From a phage: a stretch of 28,420 bases of DNA. Position 1 is the first letter of the stretch. Each line of letters opens with the position of its first letter. The stretch is from assembly GCA_014816205.1 (NCBI GenBank), contig GCA_014816205.1_4096.1. The stretch is one strand, 5' to 3'. A model generated the notes under the pieces. It did no database searches. It was not told the DNA's origin and saw only the letters and a list, made by a program, of their open reading frames with translations. The position numbers were made by a program, and so were the translations under genes. This document shows, piece after piece, positions 8,204-16,266 of this stretch.

Positions 8204-8788
8204 TTATCGTGTTATAGTTACGGCTTTTACATCACGCTTTTTATAGTACTGATTCCAGATATTGCGGGTTAAACCGTAATCAAGTACTTTAATAAGTCCA
8301 TTACGATCCTGGCCGATATTCTGTTTTCTGATATCTCTTATCGTTAGTGTTGATAATGTATCATCGACGTGTTGTAGTGCATCAGCAAAGCGGTGCTGGC
8401 GTTCAATGGCATTACGTTTAATATTGTACTTTAATTCGTTGCACGCGTTAACGTGCTTCACACTGCCTTTACTTGCAGTACTCAACCGATCCATAACGAT
8501 AAACATATTATCAGGATCGCATAAATGCATATGCACCTTTGCAAAGTACTGTTTCAATTGAGGGCGGTCATAGTCTAAAAAATTCCATACCTTACATTCA
8601 GTTTCATTTTGTTCTACACCCGCATCACAATTGGCGACCTTAATCACTAACCGATCATTTAAAGCGAATACAATACGGGAAGAACCCGCACCGATGATCT
8701 CCAGACCAGCTAACCGACAAGCTGAAAGGATCTCTTTGTTGGTTTCCATTTCTGACAGGGTACGGATGAATTTAGTATAATTACGCAT
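8204..8788 (-). CDS. minimal protein-kinase-like protein (194 aa)
   Basis: ORF track 8204..8845 trimmed to ATG at 8788 with AAGGAG upstream; motifs IGAGSSRIVF (Gly loop), VIKVA (Lys), IRDIRKQNIG (catalytic loop), KVLDYGL (DFG-like). Confidence 0.55.
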   Translation of the reverse strand: MRNYTKFIRTLSEMETNKEILSACRLAGLEIIGAGSSRIVFALNDRLVIKVANCDAGVEQNETECKVWNFLDYDRPQLKQYFAKVHMHLCDPDNMFIVMDRLSTASKGSVKHVNACNELKYNIKRNAIERQHRFADALQHVDDTLSTLTIRDIRKQNIGQDRNGLIKVLDYGLTRNIWNQYYKKRDVKAVTITR

Positions 8789-8819
8789 TGCATGTTCTCC
8801 TTGAGTTAATGAAACTATC

Positions 8820-9062
8820 TTACAGTACTTTACTATCAATGGCAACCACTTTTTTCACACTAACCGCGTGAATCACTTCCTTAGTGTTTTTAGTACTGAA
8901 TACTTTCGCTGTTCCATGTTCTACTGCAATGCGATAACGACCGTTAACATCAACCATATTAATAAAGTCCGGTGTACTAAACCGAGTAGTACGGCATTTC
9001 AGTACTGTTAACAGTTCCACCAGCGATGTAGTTTCTTTGATACGTTTTTCTAAAGTAATCAT
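8820..9062 (-). CDS. hypothetical protein (80 aa)
   Basis: ORF track 8820..9119 trimmed to ATG at 9062; track N-terminus MTVLKCF... is the translated promoter region. Confidence 0.55.
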   Translation of the reverse strand: MITLEKRIKETTSLVELLTVLKCRTTRFSTPDFINMVDVNGRYRIAVEHGTAKVFSTKNTKEVIHAVSVKKVVAIDSKVL

Positions 9063-9119
9063 TTTGTTTTCCCCGTGTTGGTATGTACATATAGTACTAA
9101 AACATTTGAGTACTGTCAA

Positions 9120-9338
9120 TTAGATAATTGCATATTTCTTTAAAGATAATGCGTCTTGGGTTGGCTGATACTCAATGCCGTTACCGTTATCTACTTTAAC
9201 TAATAAACCTTTGTCAATTAGTTTTTTAATAGTCCTTTGGCCTTGTTGAAAATTGGTAAAATGTGAATCATTACGAAAGGTATAACCGTGCTTAACTGCT
9301 TCATCAATAGTTTTCTTTTCGATTTTAGATAATTTCAT
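9120..9338 (-). CDS. hypothetical protein (72 aa)
   Basis: ORF track 9120..9395 trimmed to ATG at 9338; same promoter-module artefact as 8820 gene. Confidence 0.55.
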   Translation of the reverse strand: MKLSKIEKKTIDEAVKHGYTFRNDSHFTNFQQGQRTIKKLIDKGLLVKVDNGNGIEYQPTQDALSLKKYAII

Positions 9339-9391
9339 TTTGTTTCTCCCGTGTTGGTATGTGTACATAATACTAAAACAATTGAGTACTG

Positions 9392-9646
9392 TCAACGTGA
9401 TATTAGTTTTATTTTCTTATTATATTGTTGATGTTCATAAAGGTTTATCTTTCCTGTGTTCTCTATTACTATTCTGTTGTTAGTGTCTACATCGATTACA
9501 CGCAGTTTTCCGTTGCTTAACTTCCTTGGTAATAGGTTACCATTAATAAACTCATTAGCAAGCTGTACGGCCTTTGTGATGATTCTCTGTGGTGCTTTAT
9601 AGTGTACCCGCAAGATATTATCTTTAGATAGTTGTACCTTAATCAT
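9392..9646 (-). CDS. hypothetical protein (84 aa)
   Basis: ORF track; AGGAT upstream. Confidence 0.55.
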   Translation of the reverse strand: MIKVQLSKDNILRVHYKAPQRIITKAVQLANEFINGNLLPRKLSNGKLRVIDVDTNNRIVIENTGKINLYEHQQYNKKIKLISR

Positions 9647-9661
9647 TTTAGTTTATCCTAT

Positions 9662-9686
9662 AAAAAAGGCGGGAACTGATCCCGCC
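9662..9686 (-). terminator. rho-independent terminator
   Basis: Hairpin ggcgggaactgatcccgcc 9668-9686 followed on minus strand by TTTTTT; immediately downstream of 9709.. gene. Confidence 0.65.
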
Positions 9687-9708
9687 GTGTTGTTAGTACT
9701 GCAAGTTA

Positions 9709-10104
9709 TTAGATAACCTGGCGGCGTTTACTGTATACTGTTACACGATTACCCTTACGGTCGTGTCGGATCTCTTTCTGGTTGCGTACCAGTTCACTTG
9801 GACGCTTAAGGTTTGCCAGGTGATCCGCGTGAGTCCAAGCGGTATGGTTTGTCTGTACTTTGATATCAGAATCAGCGATAAATTCATCTTGTGCGTTAAG
9901 TACTGCCGCCAGTAAATCCGCTCGTTTTAGTTCTGCTGCTGTTAGTACTGGCTCCGGTGAATTCACAATATCAGAGATTTCTTTGAACTGTACGGCCCAG
10001 CGTTGGCCTTTCGGTGCATCTTTGCCCATGTCTTTAAATGCTGCTCCTTCCTCGCGTGCAACAATACGGGCAGCTTCACGGGTAGCGTAGAATTTAGTAA
10101 TCAT
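9709..10104 (-). CDS. hypothetical protein (131 aa); paralog of 22751..23014
   Basis: ORF track trimmed to ATG at 10104 with AGGA 8 nt upstream; shares KFYATREAARI...FKDMG and RKGNRVTVY with 22751 gene. Confidence 0.6.
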   Translation of the reverse strand: MITKFYATREAARIVAREEGAAFKDMGKDAPKGQRWAVQFKEISDIVNSPEPVLTAAELKRADLLAAVLNAQDEFIADSDIKVQTNHTAWTHADHLANLKRPSELVRNQKEIRHDRKGNRVTVYSKRRQVI

Positions 10105-10199
10105 GGTATACATCCTATTAGTTAAGTTAGTACTACAAGTTAGAGTCTATTATAAAGTACTATCTGGGCAATGTCAAATAGTACTTTAAATGGATTCTA

Positions 10200-10523
10200 T
10201 TACATATCTTTCTTACGTTTTACATCGTAGTATCGAACTGTTATTTCTTTGTTAATCTCTTTTTCGATGCGGTGAATAACTTTTTCTTTCGGGTTGAAAC
10301 CTATAACGGTTTCTTTAATGATCTCCAAGCCCGTGTATTCGCCTTGTGTGCCGTAACCGTATGTAAAGGTTTCATGTCCCAGGTCTTCCCAACGATCACC
10401 AATTAACGCAGACACGTAGCAAGAGTGGTAAGTATTGCCGTGTGAATCAGTCCACCGATTAACTTTAATGTCAAAGGAGGTTACAATTTTCAGTTCTACT
10501 TTCTGGGCAAGGATCATAGCCAT
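10200..10523 (-). CDS. hypothetical protein (107 aa); paralog of 16617..16940
   Basis: ORF track trimmed to ATG at 10523; shares RWTDSxGNTYHSC and FTYGY and KRKKD with 16617 gene. Confidence 0.6.
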   Translation of the reverse strand: MAMILAQKVELKIVTSFDIKVNRWTDSHGNTYHSCYVSALIGDRWEDLGHETFTYGYGTQGEYTGLEIIKETVIGFNPKEKVIHRIEKEINKEITVRYYDVKRKKDM

Positions 10524-10616
10524 TTTTATTTCTCTCTCTTTGTTAGGAGGGGAACCGTTTCCCCTCACTTGATGTAAACTATTATACAGTACTAAGATAC
10601 TTTGTCAATACTTATT
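10519..10616 (-). promoter_or_regulatory. PeSL-like cassette, near-identical direct repeat of 10790-10886
   Basis: About 95 bp matching the cassette at 10790-10886 except in the hairpin arms. Confidence 0.6.
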
Positions 10617-10794
10617 TTTTGGAAAGTTTACGCATTAATTCTACGCTTTCTTGTGAACGTTTTGCTACCTGGCAAGCTGCATGGACAGTAAACATTTTTG
10701 TATAGTCTGACGGTTTGTCACCGAACCGAGCGGCACGTTCACGGGCACTTGGAACTAATACGATTTCTTTCTTACAGATAGTGCATTTAGCCAT
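10612..10794 (-). CDS. small Cys-containing protein (60 aa), possible zinc-binding
   Basis: ORF track; CTIC...HAAC pattern. Confidence 0.5.
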   Translation of the reverse strand: MAKCTICKKEIVLVPSARERAARFGDKPSDYTKMFTVHAACQVAKRSQESVELMRKLSKK

Positions 10795-10886
10795 TTTTAT
10801 TTCTCTCTCTTTGTTAGGAGGGGAACCATTCCCCCTCTCGATGTAAACTATTATACAGTACTAAGATACTTTGTCAATACTTAATT
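10790..10886 (-). promoter_or_regulatory. PeSL-like cassette, direct repeat of 10519-10616
   Basis: Minus strand TTGACA...TATAAT, hairpin GGGGAATGGTTCCCC, leader AACAAAGAGAGAGAAATAAAAATG. Confidence 0.6.
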
Positions 10887-11156
10887 ATTGTAAATGTCGT
10901 GAATAGTGATAAAGTTTTTACGACCGTAAACCTGCAAATCAATATCAATGTAGTGCTTATCTAGTACATCCTCGACGCTTAACGCGGTGTCGTGGATATC
11001 TTCGTAGAATTGAGGATCTACAATCTTGCTTAAGTCATCCGGCGTTAACTCATCGTTAAGCCGTTGAACCGCCTGGATATCTGCTTCACGTTTCCAGTCT
11101 TCCAGGTTAGTAGTCAGTACTTGTTCGATTTCGTTAGCTGTCAGTAGAATCCGCAT
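10881..11156 (-). CDS. hypothetical acidic protein (91 aa)
   Basis: ORF track. Confidence 0.55.
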   Translation of the reverse strand: MRILLTANEIEQVLTTNLEDWKREADIQAVQRLNDELTPDDLSKIVDPQFYEDIHDTALSVEDVLDKHYIDIDLQVYGRKNFITIHDIYNN

Positions 11157-11225
11157 TTTAATGTTTCCTTATCAGTGGTTGATGTAAGTATTATACTCGT
11201 TTACTTTCTATTGTCAAACTATTTT

Positions 11226-11298
11226 ATCAGGGGAGGTTTTCTTATGTCTTACTCCTGGACTACTTAACGGGGTTACTTGTTTCGTTCCCCGTCCTGAT
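11226..11298 (-). promoter_or_regulatory. structured leader element, copy 1
   Basis: Closing stem ATCAGG/CCTGAT enclosing hairpin ACGGGG...CCCCGT; sits between two tandem minus-strand promoters. Confidence 0.4.
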
Positions 11299-11379
11299 GT
11301 AAAACATTATACTTGATTCTAAGTACAATGCAAGTACTTTTTTAAAAATAGTTTTCAGTACTAGCCACCAGCAAACAAT

Positions 11380-11466
11380 AGATACATTTATGCACCCTGT
11401 GGGCTGATTTGTTTCTATGCGTATATAATAGCAAAGGGACTGACCGGAGTCAATCCCTTTTTCAAT
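11380..11466. repeat. composite intergenic repeat, copy 3
   Basis: tgcaccctgtgggctgatt 11391-11409; hairpin 11436-11457 plus ttttt. Confidence 0.6.
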
Positions 11467-11471
11467 TATTT

Positions 11472-11621
11472 TTAAACTTGTTTCGGGTTGCGATAGGTGA
11501 TAGCGTTCGGGTACATTTGTTTAATGTTATTCCATGCCTGGTTAACATTGTAACCACTTGAGCGAATCAGTTGGTTGCTACCGACACCTTGAAACACTAC
11601 TTCGAATAAGAATTCTTTCAT
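11472..11621 (-). CDS. small protein (49 aa), absent from ORF track
   Basis: Hand translation codon by codon: MKEFLFEVVFQGVGSNQLIRSSGYNVNQAWNNIKQMYPNAITYRNPKQV; start overlaps upstream TGA. Confidence 0.45.
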   Translation of the reverse strand: MKEFLFEVVFQGVGSNQLIRSSGYNVNQAWNNIKQMYPNAITYRNPKQV

Positions 11622-11791
11622 GCTTTCACCTCGCTATCTGCTTTACCTTTACGCCAGGACATTACTAATTGTTCGCGTTGCCATAAGTCGAGTGATACAA
11701 AAAGTTTTGCGGTATCACTTTTAGGATACTCGCCATTAGTACCTAACCGATAAAACAGATCTTTCAGTACTGATAATTCTACTTGAATCAT
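11618..11791 (-). CDS. small protein (57 aa), absent from ORF track
   Basis: Hand translation: MIQVELSVLKDLFYRLGTNGEYPKSDTAKLFVSLDLWQREQLVMSWRKGKADSEVKA; ATGA overlap with upstream gene. Confidence 0.45.
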   Translation of the reverse strand: MIQVELSVLKDLFYRLGTNGEYPKSDTAKLFVSLDLWQREQLVMSWRKGKADSEVKA

Positions 11792-11880
11792 TTTATTACT
11801 CCTGATTGCGTTAATACTTCTACTATTGCATGAATGATCATAAGTACAGCTAAAACAATAATCATCGGATTCATTTGCAT
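11788..11880 (-). CDS. small hydrophobic peptide (30 aa), absent from ORF track
   Basis: Hand translation: MQMNPMIIVLAVLMIIHAIVEVLTQSGVIK; AAGGAG 8 nt upstream; first of three coupled small genes. Confidence 0.4.
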   Translation of the reverse strand: MQMNPMIIVLAVLMIIHAIVEVLTQSGVIK

Positions 11881-11897
11881 AAGCTGTACTCCTTATA

Positions 11898-12110
11898 TTA
11901 ATCTTTCAGCCAATGATCCTGAATGAATTTTTCGCCGGAACCTTGCTGCATTGTTTGTAACAGACGTTCACGATGAGCGGCGGCGAATTGCTCAGTACTA
12001 TGCGTTACGCCAGGCTGATAACGTGATACCCCATCCGGTCCGATGTATTGTACATCCCACGGTTTAGCGTTAGTATCAGACCATTTACGAACGATTAGTT
12101 GACCTTGCAT
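11898..12110 (-). CDS. hypothetical protein (70 aa)
   Basis: ORF track; GAGAGGAAAG upstream. Confidence 0.6.
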   Translation of the reverse strand: MQGQLIVRKWSDTNAKPWDVQYIGPDGVSRYQPGVTHSTEQFAAAHRERLLQTMQQGSGEKFIQDHWLKD

Positions 12111-12195
12111 TTTTCTTTCCTCTCAGTGGGGAGAATCATTTCTCCCCTTCATGTAACTTATTATACAGTACTATAATCTATTGTCAAATACTTTT
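12111..12195 (-). promoter_or_regulatory. PeSL-like promoter/hairpin cassette
   Basis: ggggagaatcatttctcccc hairpin; minus strand TTGACA...TATAAT. Confidence 0.5.
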
Positions 12196-12384
12196 TTAAA
12201 GTTTATGAATCAATTCTTTATCTAAGCGATAGCGTACATTATTAATGGTAACAGCATTATTTTTAATGCTACGCTGTACAGGTCCACCAGCAATAACAAA
12301 TGTTGCTTTATTACCCCGAACAATGATAGCACTTCCAGGATTACCGAAATCATCTTGTACTAAAATACTTGATAAGTTTTCCAT
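12196..12384 (-). CDS. hypothetical protein (62 aa)
   Basis: ORF track 12196..12390 trimmed to second ATG (12384), which has GAGGA at proper spacing. Confidence 0.55.
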   Translation of the reverse strand: MENLSSILVQDDFGNPGSAIIVRGNKATFVIAGGPVQRSIKNNAVTINNVRYRLDKELIHKL

Positions 12385-12462
12385 TTTCATTTCCTCTTAG
12401 TAGGGGAAGATGTTTCCCCTTGATGTAAGTACTATAACACTACTGAAAACTAAATGCAAGTA

Positions 12463-12819
12463 CTATGATAAAATCATGATAGGATATTCACTATCGATCA
12501 GTACCTCGAATCCGAAACCTTCGTACCATTCTTTAAGATTGAAGGCGTTATCTTCTCCTGTATCGCATTCTAAAATGATACAATCTGAATCATCGGCGGC
12601 ATCAATAAAGGCATTCATTAATTCGTTACCTTCACCATTGCCCCGACTATCAGGATCAACATAAAGAGAATCAATAAACGCTACACGGTCATAATCAAGA
12701 TCCGGTGCAATGATTCCACGTTTAACAAACCAGTACTGCAATTGTGCTACTTTGCCCTGTACTTGATAACCAGTGATCTCGCCATTGTCAGTAGTACGCG
12801 TGATATGTTGTATTCCCAT
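12463..12819 (-). CDS. GNAT-family acetyltransferase-like protein (118 aa)
   Basis: ORF track; RGNGEG resembles the acetyl-CoA-binding motif and WYEGFGFE the C-terminal GNAT motif; GAGGA upstream. Confidence 0.5.
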   Translation of the reverse strand: MGIQHITRTTDNGEITGYQVQGKVAQLQYWFVKRGIIAPDLDYDRVAFIDSLYVDPDSRGNGEGNELMNAFIDAADDSDCIILECDTGEDNAFNLKEWYEGFGFEVLIDSEYPIMILS

Positions 12820-12882
12820 GATTTCTATCCTCAGTTAAGATATAAAACATTATACACTATCTTTCAGTACTGTCAATACTTT

Positions 12883-13140
12883 TTATCTCATAGATCTATG
12901 CCAACAATTACGCGGGGGACGTTTAAAAGTACTATCATGATCCTCCTGGCAAGTTATGCAGTACTTACATCCCTTAACGGCCTGGCGTCGTTTCTCAGGG
13001 ATTATATCGCCGCAGTCGAGGCAATGTATCAGTGATTCTATTTGTGCGTTAATTTGCTTTCTAGCGTGGTTAACGGCGGCCTGAATCACTGCGTTGATCT
13101 CGTCTTGTTCGGCCCCGTCTTTCGCGTATCCTACTGCCAT
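12883..13140 (-). CDS. TraR/DksA-family C4 zinc-finger protein (85 aa)
   Basis: ORF track; CLDCGDIIPEKRR...CKYCITCQ matches the CxxC-x17-CxxC TraR/DksA zinc-finger pattern. Confidence 0.55.
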   Translation of the reverse strand: MAVGYAKDGAEQDEINAVIQAAVNHARKQINAQIESLIHCLDCGDIIPEKRRQAVKGCKYCITCQEDHDSTFKRPPRNCWHRSMR

Positions 13141-13471
13141 TATTTTAACCTCATTATAAAAATACTATAGTACTGTAATGCGACAATAATATTACTTGTT
13201 CTTACTTTTTCCAATCCACATGATACCACATATTCATCCCCATATGTGCGAAACGATACACCATGAAAATTTTTATACACTTGCACTACTAATCATAACC
13301 TTTCGTCTAACCAACTGCATAGAATTATACTACTTTACGCAAATTGATCAAGTATTGATCAGATCATTTTTTGATCAATATTATACAGTTACATTTGTGC
13401 ACCCTATGGGTTAGTGACGTTCTCGTCTTGATGTAAGTATTATGCCAGTACTGGATGATATTGTCAATAGA

Positions 13472-13669
13472 TTATTTTAATTTTTTTCTGTCATTGATTA
13501 ATGCTTTCAGTACTATACTAATGATTTGCAATGATTCATCAATGACTATAAAATTATTCTCTTTCATTAGATGATAGTTACCATTGATTGTATATTCTAA
13601 GGAGTACTGTTTACGTTTAATTTTTGATAATGTTTCTATTTGTTTTTGTACTGATTTCATGCTAATCAT
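13472..13669 (-). CDS. hypothetical protein (65 aa)
   Basis: ORF track; AGGA 9 nt upstream. Confidence 0.55.
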   Translation of the reverse strand: MISMKSVQKQIETLSKIKRKQYSLEYTINGNYHLMKENNFIVIDESLQIISIVLKALINDRKKLK

Positions 13670-13774
13670 TGTTAAACGTCCTGTAACGCATTCTAACGAG
13701 ATAAACGGTTTAGTACTGGCATTGTATAGGGTAATGAATTAAAGTCCACCAGCGTTAACCAGTGGGCTATAATC

Positions 13775-13918
13775 TTACATCTTGCGGATAATCTTAACAG
13801 TATCTTTCACCGATTTACCGTCCTGTTGACATTGTTCGATCATCGCGTATTGTTCTGCGGTCAGATCCTCGCCAGTTTTTGCCAGTACTGCGTCGATGAA
13901 TGAATCCAGTGCGATCAT
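13775..13918 (-). CDS. small protein (47 aa), absent from ORF track
   Basis: Hand translation: MIALDSFIDAVLAKTGEDLTAEQYAMIEQCQQDGKSVKDTVKIIRKM; AGAGAGAAATAAA leader; promoter cassette 13919-14017. Confidence 0.45.
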   Translation of the reverse strand: MIALDSFIDAVLAKTGEDLTAEQYAMIEQCQQDGKSVKDTVKIIRKM

Positions 13919-14017
13919 TTTATTTCTCTCTTAGGTTAAGTTAACTACTGTTTATAAAACTTATTATACAGTACTATCAAACGTTGTCAATATCTTTAAT
14001 AGTACTGGTAATATATT

Positions 14018-14197
14018 TTAGCGGTAATCGTCGTATGCTTTATTCACCTGGCGAATGTAACTTTCAAAGGCTTCGTCTACCGTTTCATACTCCCGAACAT
14101 AATCACCATAGGAAACTACATACATACCTTTTTGATCTTCAAACGACATGATGATAGAATCCAGGCCGATGATTTCAGTTTTTGCGATGATAGCCAT
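14018..14197 (-). CDS. hypothetical protein (59 aa)
   Basis: ORF track 14018..14260 trimmed to ATG at 14197 with AAGGA upstream. Confidence 0.55.
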   Translation of the reverse strand: MAIIAKTEIIGLDSIIMSFEDQKGMYVVSYGDYVREYETVDEAFESYIRQVNKAYDDYR

Positions 14198-14289
14198 TTT
14201 TAATTCCTTAGTAGTGTAGTTGATAAAAGTTATTATGCCAGTACTATCAATCAGTGTCAATAGCTTTGATAGTACTGTGATAATATTTT

Positions 14290-14502
14290 TTAGTTAATAA
14301 TAGTCAGTGTAAAATTGTAATCACCACAGCGATATAGCACGTTATTCCCAAATGTTCCAACTAATCGCACATCACACAAAACTCCGGTTTTTTCTTTTAC
14401 CTCCTTGATACTTGTAACTCCTGTAATATCTTTATTAAAGTATTCATGATCTGAAAATAAAACTTGTTTTGCATTTTTTAATTTCGACCGGATATTAGCC
14501 AT
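14290..14502 (-). CDS. hypothetical protein (70 aa)
   Basis: ORF track; start context AAAATGGCT. Confidence 0.6.
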   Translation of the reverse strand: MANIRSKLKNAKQVLFSDHEYFNKDITGVTSIKEVKEKTGVLCDVRLVGTFGNNVLYRCGDYNFTLTIIN

Positions 14503-14595
14503 TTTGTTTTCTCTCTGTTAGTGGGGAGAACTATTCTCCCCTTCATGTAAAACATTATACAGTACTATAATCTATTGTCAAACTATTTTTTAATA
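14503..14595 (-). promoter_or_regulatory. PeSL-like promoter/hairpin cassette (consensus example)
   Basis: Minus strand TTGACA, 16 bp, TATAAT, GTTTTACATGAAG, hairpin GGGGAGAATAGTTCTCCCC, then AGAGAGAAAACAAAATG. Confidence 0.6.
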
Positions 14596-14937
14596 TTATT
14601 CGAAATCTTCTGGACCGGACTGATAATCATCTTCACCGTATGCACTTTCTAACCGCTCGCCAGTTTGATCATCAGTTAGTGAGTCATCCTCATAGTTCAC
14701 GTCTACGCCTACAATGTAAAACTGGCTATCGTCTGGATCATTGAAATTAATTTTCTGAATGTTTACAATAACTGTATTGATGCCCAGGACACAGCCATCA
14801 GCCGTTACAAAGTACTGATATTTTTCACAACCGCCTGAATTGAAACCGTAATTGATTTCGGCCCGACCATCATTTAAACGCAGTGCCTGAGCGATGATTT
14901 CGTTTTCAAAGTTAGATTGAGCAATTGAGATAGTCAT
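14596..14937 (-). CDS. hypothetical protein with acidic C-terminus (113 aa)
   Basis: ORF track; AAGGA upstream. Confidence 0.6.
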   Translation of the reverse strand: MTISIAQSNFENEIIAQALRLNDGRAEINYGFNSGGCEKYQYFVTADGCVLGINTVIVNIQKINFNDPDDSQFYIVGVDVNYEDDSLTDDQTGERLESAYGEDDYQSGPEDFE

Positions 14938-15071
14938 GATTCGTTTCCTTATTACCAGGGGAAACCGTTTCCCCTTTCGATGTAAAACATTATACGCCTA
15001 TTGAGATAGTTTGCAAGTACTTTTTATCAAATACTTTAAAATAGTTTTCAGTACTCAAACATTATACAATA

Positions 15072-15160
15072 GATACACTCCTGCACCCTGTGGGCTAGTG
15101 AGCTATCTCTCAATGAATATATAATAGCAAAATGGCTGACCGAAGTCAACCACTTTTTTC
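15072..15160. repeat. composite intergenic repeat, copy 4 (variant hairpin)
   Basis: tgcaccctgtgggctagtg 15082-15100; hairpin tggctgaccgaagtcaacca 15133-15152 plus tttttt; arm changes preserve pairing relative to other copies. Confidence 0.55.
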
Positions 15161-15162
15161 AT

Positions 15163-15297
15163 TTATTTTTTAGCTTTAAGTACTGCGGCCTTTCGTGTCA
15201 TTCCTTGTTTGATGTACTCCTTTACTTTCGCTTTTTTAGCGTTTACCTTGTCTGCTTTCGTTTTAGGAGTACTGTAAATTATACCGTTAGGATTCAT
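15163..15297 (-). CDS. small Lys-rich protein (44 aa), absent from ORF track
   Basis: Hand translation: MNPNGIIYSTPKTKADKVNAKKAKVKEYIKQGMTRKAAVLKAKK; start overlaps upstream stop. Confidence 0.45.
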   Translation of the reverse strand: MNPNGIIYSTPKTKADKVNAKKAKVKEYIKQGMTRKAAVLKAKK

Positions 15298-15387
15298 TTA
15301 AATCACCATAAAGAATAGATAGGTTACTAACAATGCCGCGATCAATGCACCGACCAGGGCCGAACTGTAATAAGCCAATGATTTCAT
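15298..15387 (-). CDS. small hydrophobic peptide (29 aa), absent from ORF track
   Basis: Hand translation: MKSLAYYSSALVGALIAALLVTYLFFMVI; ATGA overlap with 15384.. gene. Confidence 0.4.
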   Translation of the reverse strand: MKSLAYYSSALVGALIAALLVTYLFFMVI

Positions 15388-15536
15388 TTTTTAGCCTGAA
15401 AGTAATGTTTAATTTGTGCGGCGGTCAGTGCACAATTACGCAGGAAGTTTTCTGTATAACTGCGTCGAGTACTGAAAGAAAATTGACCTTTGCCGTTACC
15501 GATAGTAACATCAAACCGAGCATTATATTGTTTCAT
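15384..15536 (-). CDS. hypothetical protein (50 aa)
   Basis: ORF track 15384..15566 trimmed to ATG at 15536; track N-terminus is the translated leader hairpin. Confidence 0.5.
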   Translation of the reverse strand: MKQYNARFDVTIGNGKGQFSFSTRRSYTENFLRNCALTAAQIKHYFQAKK

Positions 15537-15617
15537 TTTGTTTCTCCTGATAGTGGGGAGAATCATTTCTCCCCTTGATGTAAAACATTATACAGTACTG
15601 AAAACTAATTGCAAGTA
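15537..15617 (-). promoter_or_regulatory. PeSL-like promoter/hairpin cassette
   Basis: RC of ttgcaa 15609-15614 and attata 15587-15592 (16-bp spacer); hairpin ggggagaatcatttctcccc 15555-15574. Confidence 0.6.
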
Positions 15618-15764
15618 TTATTTTTTAGATTTACGCAAACTTTCTACCATCTCAGGAGTAAGGCCCGGCGGGTAGGAAACCACTTCATCAACGAAACGTA
15701 AAGGGAATACCCCAGCGAAAGGTGAACATGCTTTCTTAGTATTACTCTTTTTTGATGCTTTCAT
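15618..15764 (-). CDS. small basic protein (48 aa), absent from ORF track
   Basis: Hand translation: MKASKKSNTKKACSPFAGVFPLRFVDEVVSYPPGLTPEMVESLRKSKK; AAGGA upstream. Confidence 0.45.
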   Translation of the reverse strand: MKASKKSNTKKACSPFAGVFPLRFVDEVVSYPPGLTPEMVESLRKSKK

Positions 15765-15833
15765 TTCATATTCCTTAATTAGTGGGGAGTACTATTTCTC
15801 CCCTTCATGTAAAACATTATACAGTACTGAAAA
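15765..15833 (-). promoter_or_regulatory. PeSL-like promoter/hairpin cassette
   Basis: ggggagtactatttctcccc hairpin; same promoter module as 15537-15617. Confidence 0.55.
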
Positions 15834-16043
15834 CTAATTGCAAGTACTATTTGAAAGTAAATGCTCATACGCTGCATTAACTACATTTTCAATAACCGAC
15901 TGTACAGAAAGATCCCCCACGTCCTGGCTATAGTAGAAATTGCTTACAGTGGTGTCATCGTATGCAAATACTTTACCAGGTACGGCATCAATCACATACA
16001 TATTAACCTTTAAGATGTCGATCTTATCCTGTACAGTAAGCAT
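15834..16043 (-). CDS. hypothetical protein (69 aa)
   Basis: ORF track 15834..16157 trimmed to ATG at 16043; the track N-terminus overlaps a better gene in another frame. Confidence 0.5.
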   Translation of the reverse strand: MLTVQDKIDILKVNMYVIDAVPGKVFAYDDTTVSNFYYSQDVGDLSVQSVIENVVNAAYEHLLSNSTCN

Positions 16044-16044
16044 A

Positions 16045-16215
16045 TTACGCCGCCTTATCAGTACTGGCAACCGGACGGATACGGGCCATTTCCTGGGCTT
16101 GTTCCACACTGTAACGCTCATAAAGGCGGCATTCTTCCGGTGTAGGAACAGCATCAATACGCTTCATCGGTTTAATGATTCTTTCGATCTCATTCAGTAC
16201 TTGATTAACGTTCAT
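16045..16215 (-). CDS. small protein (56 aa), absent from ORF track
   Basis: Hand translation: MNVNQVLNEIERIIKPMKRIDAVPTPEECRLYERYSVEQAQEMARIRPVASTDKAA; GGGGA 7 nt upstream. Confidence 0.45.
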   Translation of the reverse strand: MNVNQVLNEIERIIKPMKRIDAVPTPEECRLYERYSVEQAQEMARIRPVASTDKAA

Positions 16216-16266
16216 GGTATAATCCCCAATATAAGCGGCCTAAATCGACCACTAACGATGATTTGA

